Assembly: GCF_001194135.2 (NCBI RefSeq)
Contig: NC_068991.1
Span: 39,465,602-39,529,601, forward strand
Length of the DNA: 64,000 nt
From: Octopus bimaculoides
Lineage: Eukaryota
Direction of reading: 5' to 3'
Within the stretch, counting starts at the first letter, position 1. Each line of letters starts with the position of its first letter. The notes below the pieces were generated by a model. It was not told the DNA's origin. It saw only the letters and a list, made by a program, of their open reading frames with translations, and searched no databases. The position numbers and the translations under genes are program-made. Below, piece by piece: positions 61,206-64,000 of the stretch.

Positions 61206-64000
61206 TATATATATATATGTATGTACAAACGAGGAGTTTCTTTCAGTTTCTGTCTACTAAATCCACTCACAAGGGTTTTGGTCAGCCAAAACTGGGGCTA
61301 TAGTAGAAGGCACTTGCCTGAGATGCCACACAGTAGGAAACTAATAATTTAGTATATTCATAACTTATTTACTAAAATCTAAGAAAATATGACACCACAC
61401 CTGGATTATGGACACCAATGAAAAAATTAGTCGTATGAGTTCTAGAGCTCATGACAGACCTAGGTCTAAGTGTGTATGTATATATGTGTGTGTGCTTGCA
61501 TGCGCATGTCTCTCCTTGTCTTAACATTGTGTGATGTTGTAAACAAATGTTACCGTCATACAAATGTTGTTCATTTCCAATTTTATGTGAAAAAACGTCT
61601 GGTCAGGAGAATATGGAAACTTGCTTGGAAACTGGTGTGGATTGGCTACAGGAAAGGGCATCTGCTGATGGAAAATCTGTTTCAATGAGTTCCATTGTGA
61701 CCCATGCATGGAAAAGTGAACATTAAAAATGATGATAACGATAATGACTTCATCTTTTATCCTTTACTTGTTTCAGTTGTTAGACTGTGGCCATGCTGGG
61801 GCACCACCTTGAAGAATTTTCAGTTGAACAAATTGACATCAGTACTTATTGTTTTGTTAAACCTGGTACTTATTTTATTGGGATCTTCTGCTGAACTGCA
61901 AAGTTATGGGGATGCACACACACCAACACTAGTTGTCAAGTAGTAGTGGGGGACAAACACATACACACGACAGGCTTCTTATAATTTTTCAGTCTACCAA
62001 ATCCACTCACAAAGGTTTGGTTGGCCCAAGGCTATAGTAGAAGACACTTGCCATGCAATGGGACTGAACCCAAAACCATGAGGTTGGGAAGCAAGCTTCT
62101 TACCACACAGTCTTCTTTACCATTCAAGCAATGTTTATTTCTTAATAAGTGGGTTTATATCTACTCCAAGTATTAAGAAATAATATTGTATAATGATTAC
62201 AATTCTATCATATCACAGTGAAATCAATGCAAGATCTGTAACTGGACCTGGAACACTGATGGTCCATCAGTGAAAAGACAATGAGTACTTTTAAATGAAA
62301 TATTTAACATGTTTGCTGCAAATTGCCCTTCTTTAAGAAGAGATACCCACTTGACTACAAAGCAAGGTTGGTATATTTATTGTGGTTATTGCTCCAAGTC
62401 ATCCCTGATCCAGCAAACTTATGATCAAGGATGTTCCAGCCATCTTTCATCTCCCTTGAAGAATTTTTATTAAACTCATTGACCCCAGTATTTACTATTT
62501 TTTTGTAAAGCCCGGTCTCTTTTGTCAAACTTCTAACTTACAGGAATGTAAACACACCAACACCAGTCATGAAATGGTGGTGGGTGACAAACACATACAC
62601 AAAGACACACACACATACATATATATGAGTCTTTCAATTTTTGTCTACCAAATCCTCTCACAAGATTTTGGTCAGCACAAGGCTATAGTAGAAGGCACTA
62701 GCTCAAGGTGCCACATAGTGGGACTGAACCTGGAACCATGTGGTTGGGAAGCAAGCTTCTTACCACACAGCTATACCTGCATCTAGCCATGATCATCTTT
62801 TTCTTTTGTAGACAATCAAAGACTTCTTTTTTTGAAAGAGAATAGATGTATACTTTGAGGGAGATTTAGCTGCTAAGTAAAGAGATTCCTTTTTTTGGTT
62901 GATATAAGGTGATGTAGGGCTTTGGTAAAAGGAACAACAAAATGATGACTGCAGCTGTATATGAATTCATGAAGCTTGAATCAATATCTTAACTATTCTG
63001 ACAGGTTGCTTCAACTGTTTTGAATCCACTCTTTGTCCCCATGAGCCTCATTTTACATCTTCTTTCCATGCCAGTATTAGTTAAGTGTGTTGTTATAATT
63101 CAAGTGAGTTCTGACTCAGAATTAATAACCTCCCAGATAGGTTGGAGGATCATGTTGTTTGTTCCATTTCTGGTTTGGTTTTCATGACTGGATGCCTTTC
63201 ATAATACCAACCACTTCACACAGTGTATTTTATTGTGGTGCCAAGACTAGAAAGCTTGTCATGTCCTTGACTAGAACAAAGGGCCTTCTCAACCTTACAG
63301 TGTCCTTGTTTATTAAAAGCACTTTGACCTAGGAGGGGGTGAATAAAAGTTGGAGTAATGATGGAAGGAGCAAGTTGAGTAGTTTGAGAGGAACAAGGGT
63401 ATGATGGAGAAAATAGAGTGAATGAGGAGTGATGGAAGAGTGACAGAGCTAGAGAGAGTAATGGAAGAGATACAGTAATGACAGCTATATATTTGCTTGT
63501 TAGAGAGAGTGATAAATGTCAATAAGGGGATGGTCTGGGGAAGAACAATACAGTGGTCTCTGTGAAGGAGGCTTGATATTAAGTGTTTAGTTTTTTGCTT
63601 AAAGAGGAGAGGATCCCCCTTTGGTTATGAATGACCATGGGATTGCACCTAGAAAGATATCCTCCAAGACACAAGTCTAGGCAAGGTTCTTTCATGGAAG
63701 ACCAGCAGTCGGCCATGCATACCAGCTACTCCTCTCCATGCTACCAATATTATATAAGGGAAAGGCAAAGGCTGATTACAGCTTGGCACCAGTGACACTG
63801 CAACTAATTTCTATAGCTGAGTGAACTGAGCAACGTGAAATAAAGTGTCTTGCTCAAGAACACAACACAGTCCGGTCTGGGAACCGAATTCACTACCTCA
63901 TGATTGTGGGCCTGACTAATTGAACTATACACCTTAACAGTACACAAAATTGATTTGTTGAAGCAGCATATTCAGATTTCATTACAGAGGTCTTATAAAG

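Overview
AT-rich, repeat-dense animal genomic DNA with four assembly gaps. The SINE and LINE families resemble those of octopus, so a coleoid cephalopod is inferred but not proven. One protein-coding gene spans almost the whole window on the minus strand: a class II tRNA nucleotidyltransferase (TRNT1/CCA-adding-enzyme-like). I reconstructed seven GT-AG coding exons (54155-54439, 43945-44074, 31172-31298, 23428-23513, 13990-14097, 12244-12356, 1645-2040). They join in frame to 1245 nt, i.e. 414 aa plus stop. The catalytic DxD, the EDxxR nucleotide template and motif E are intact. However, the flexible loop needed for terminal A addition (animal consensus, from memory, about DVxTDGRHAEVEFTxDW) is replaced by [17 protein letters not shown], and the KHGT turn and RRD motif read KHKT and KRD. 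This makes it a candidate altered-specificity (e.g. CC-adding) enzyme. Many other motif deviations are A-for-G changes that A-to-I editing could revert. The 1.6-12.6 kb introns and the upstream region hold tRNA-derived SINEs, RTE, Tx1 and R4/Dong LINE remnants, a Helitron helicase remnant, Tc1, mariner, maT and Tigger transposase remnants, and several MITEs. They also contain long inverted repeats able to form dsRNA.
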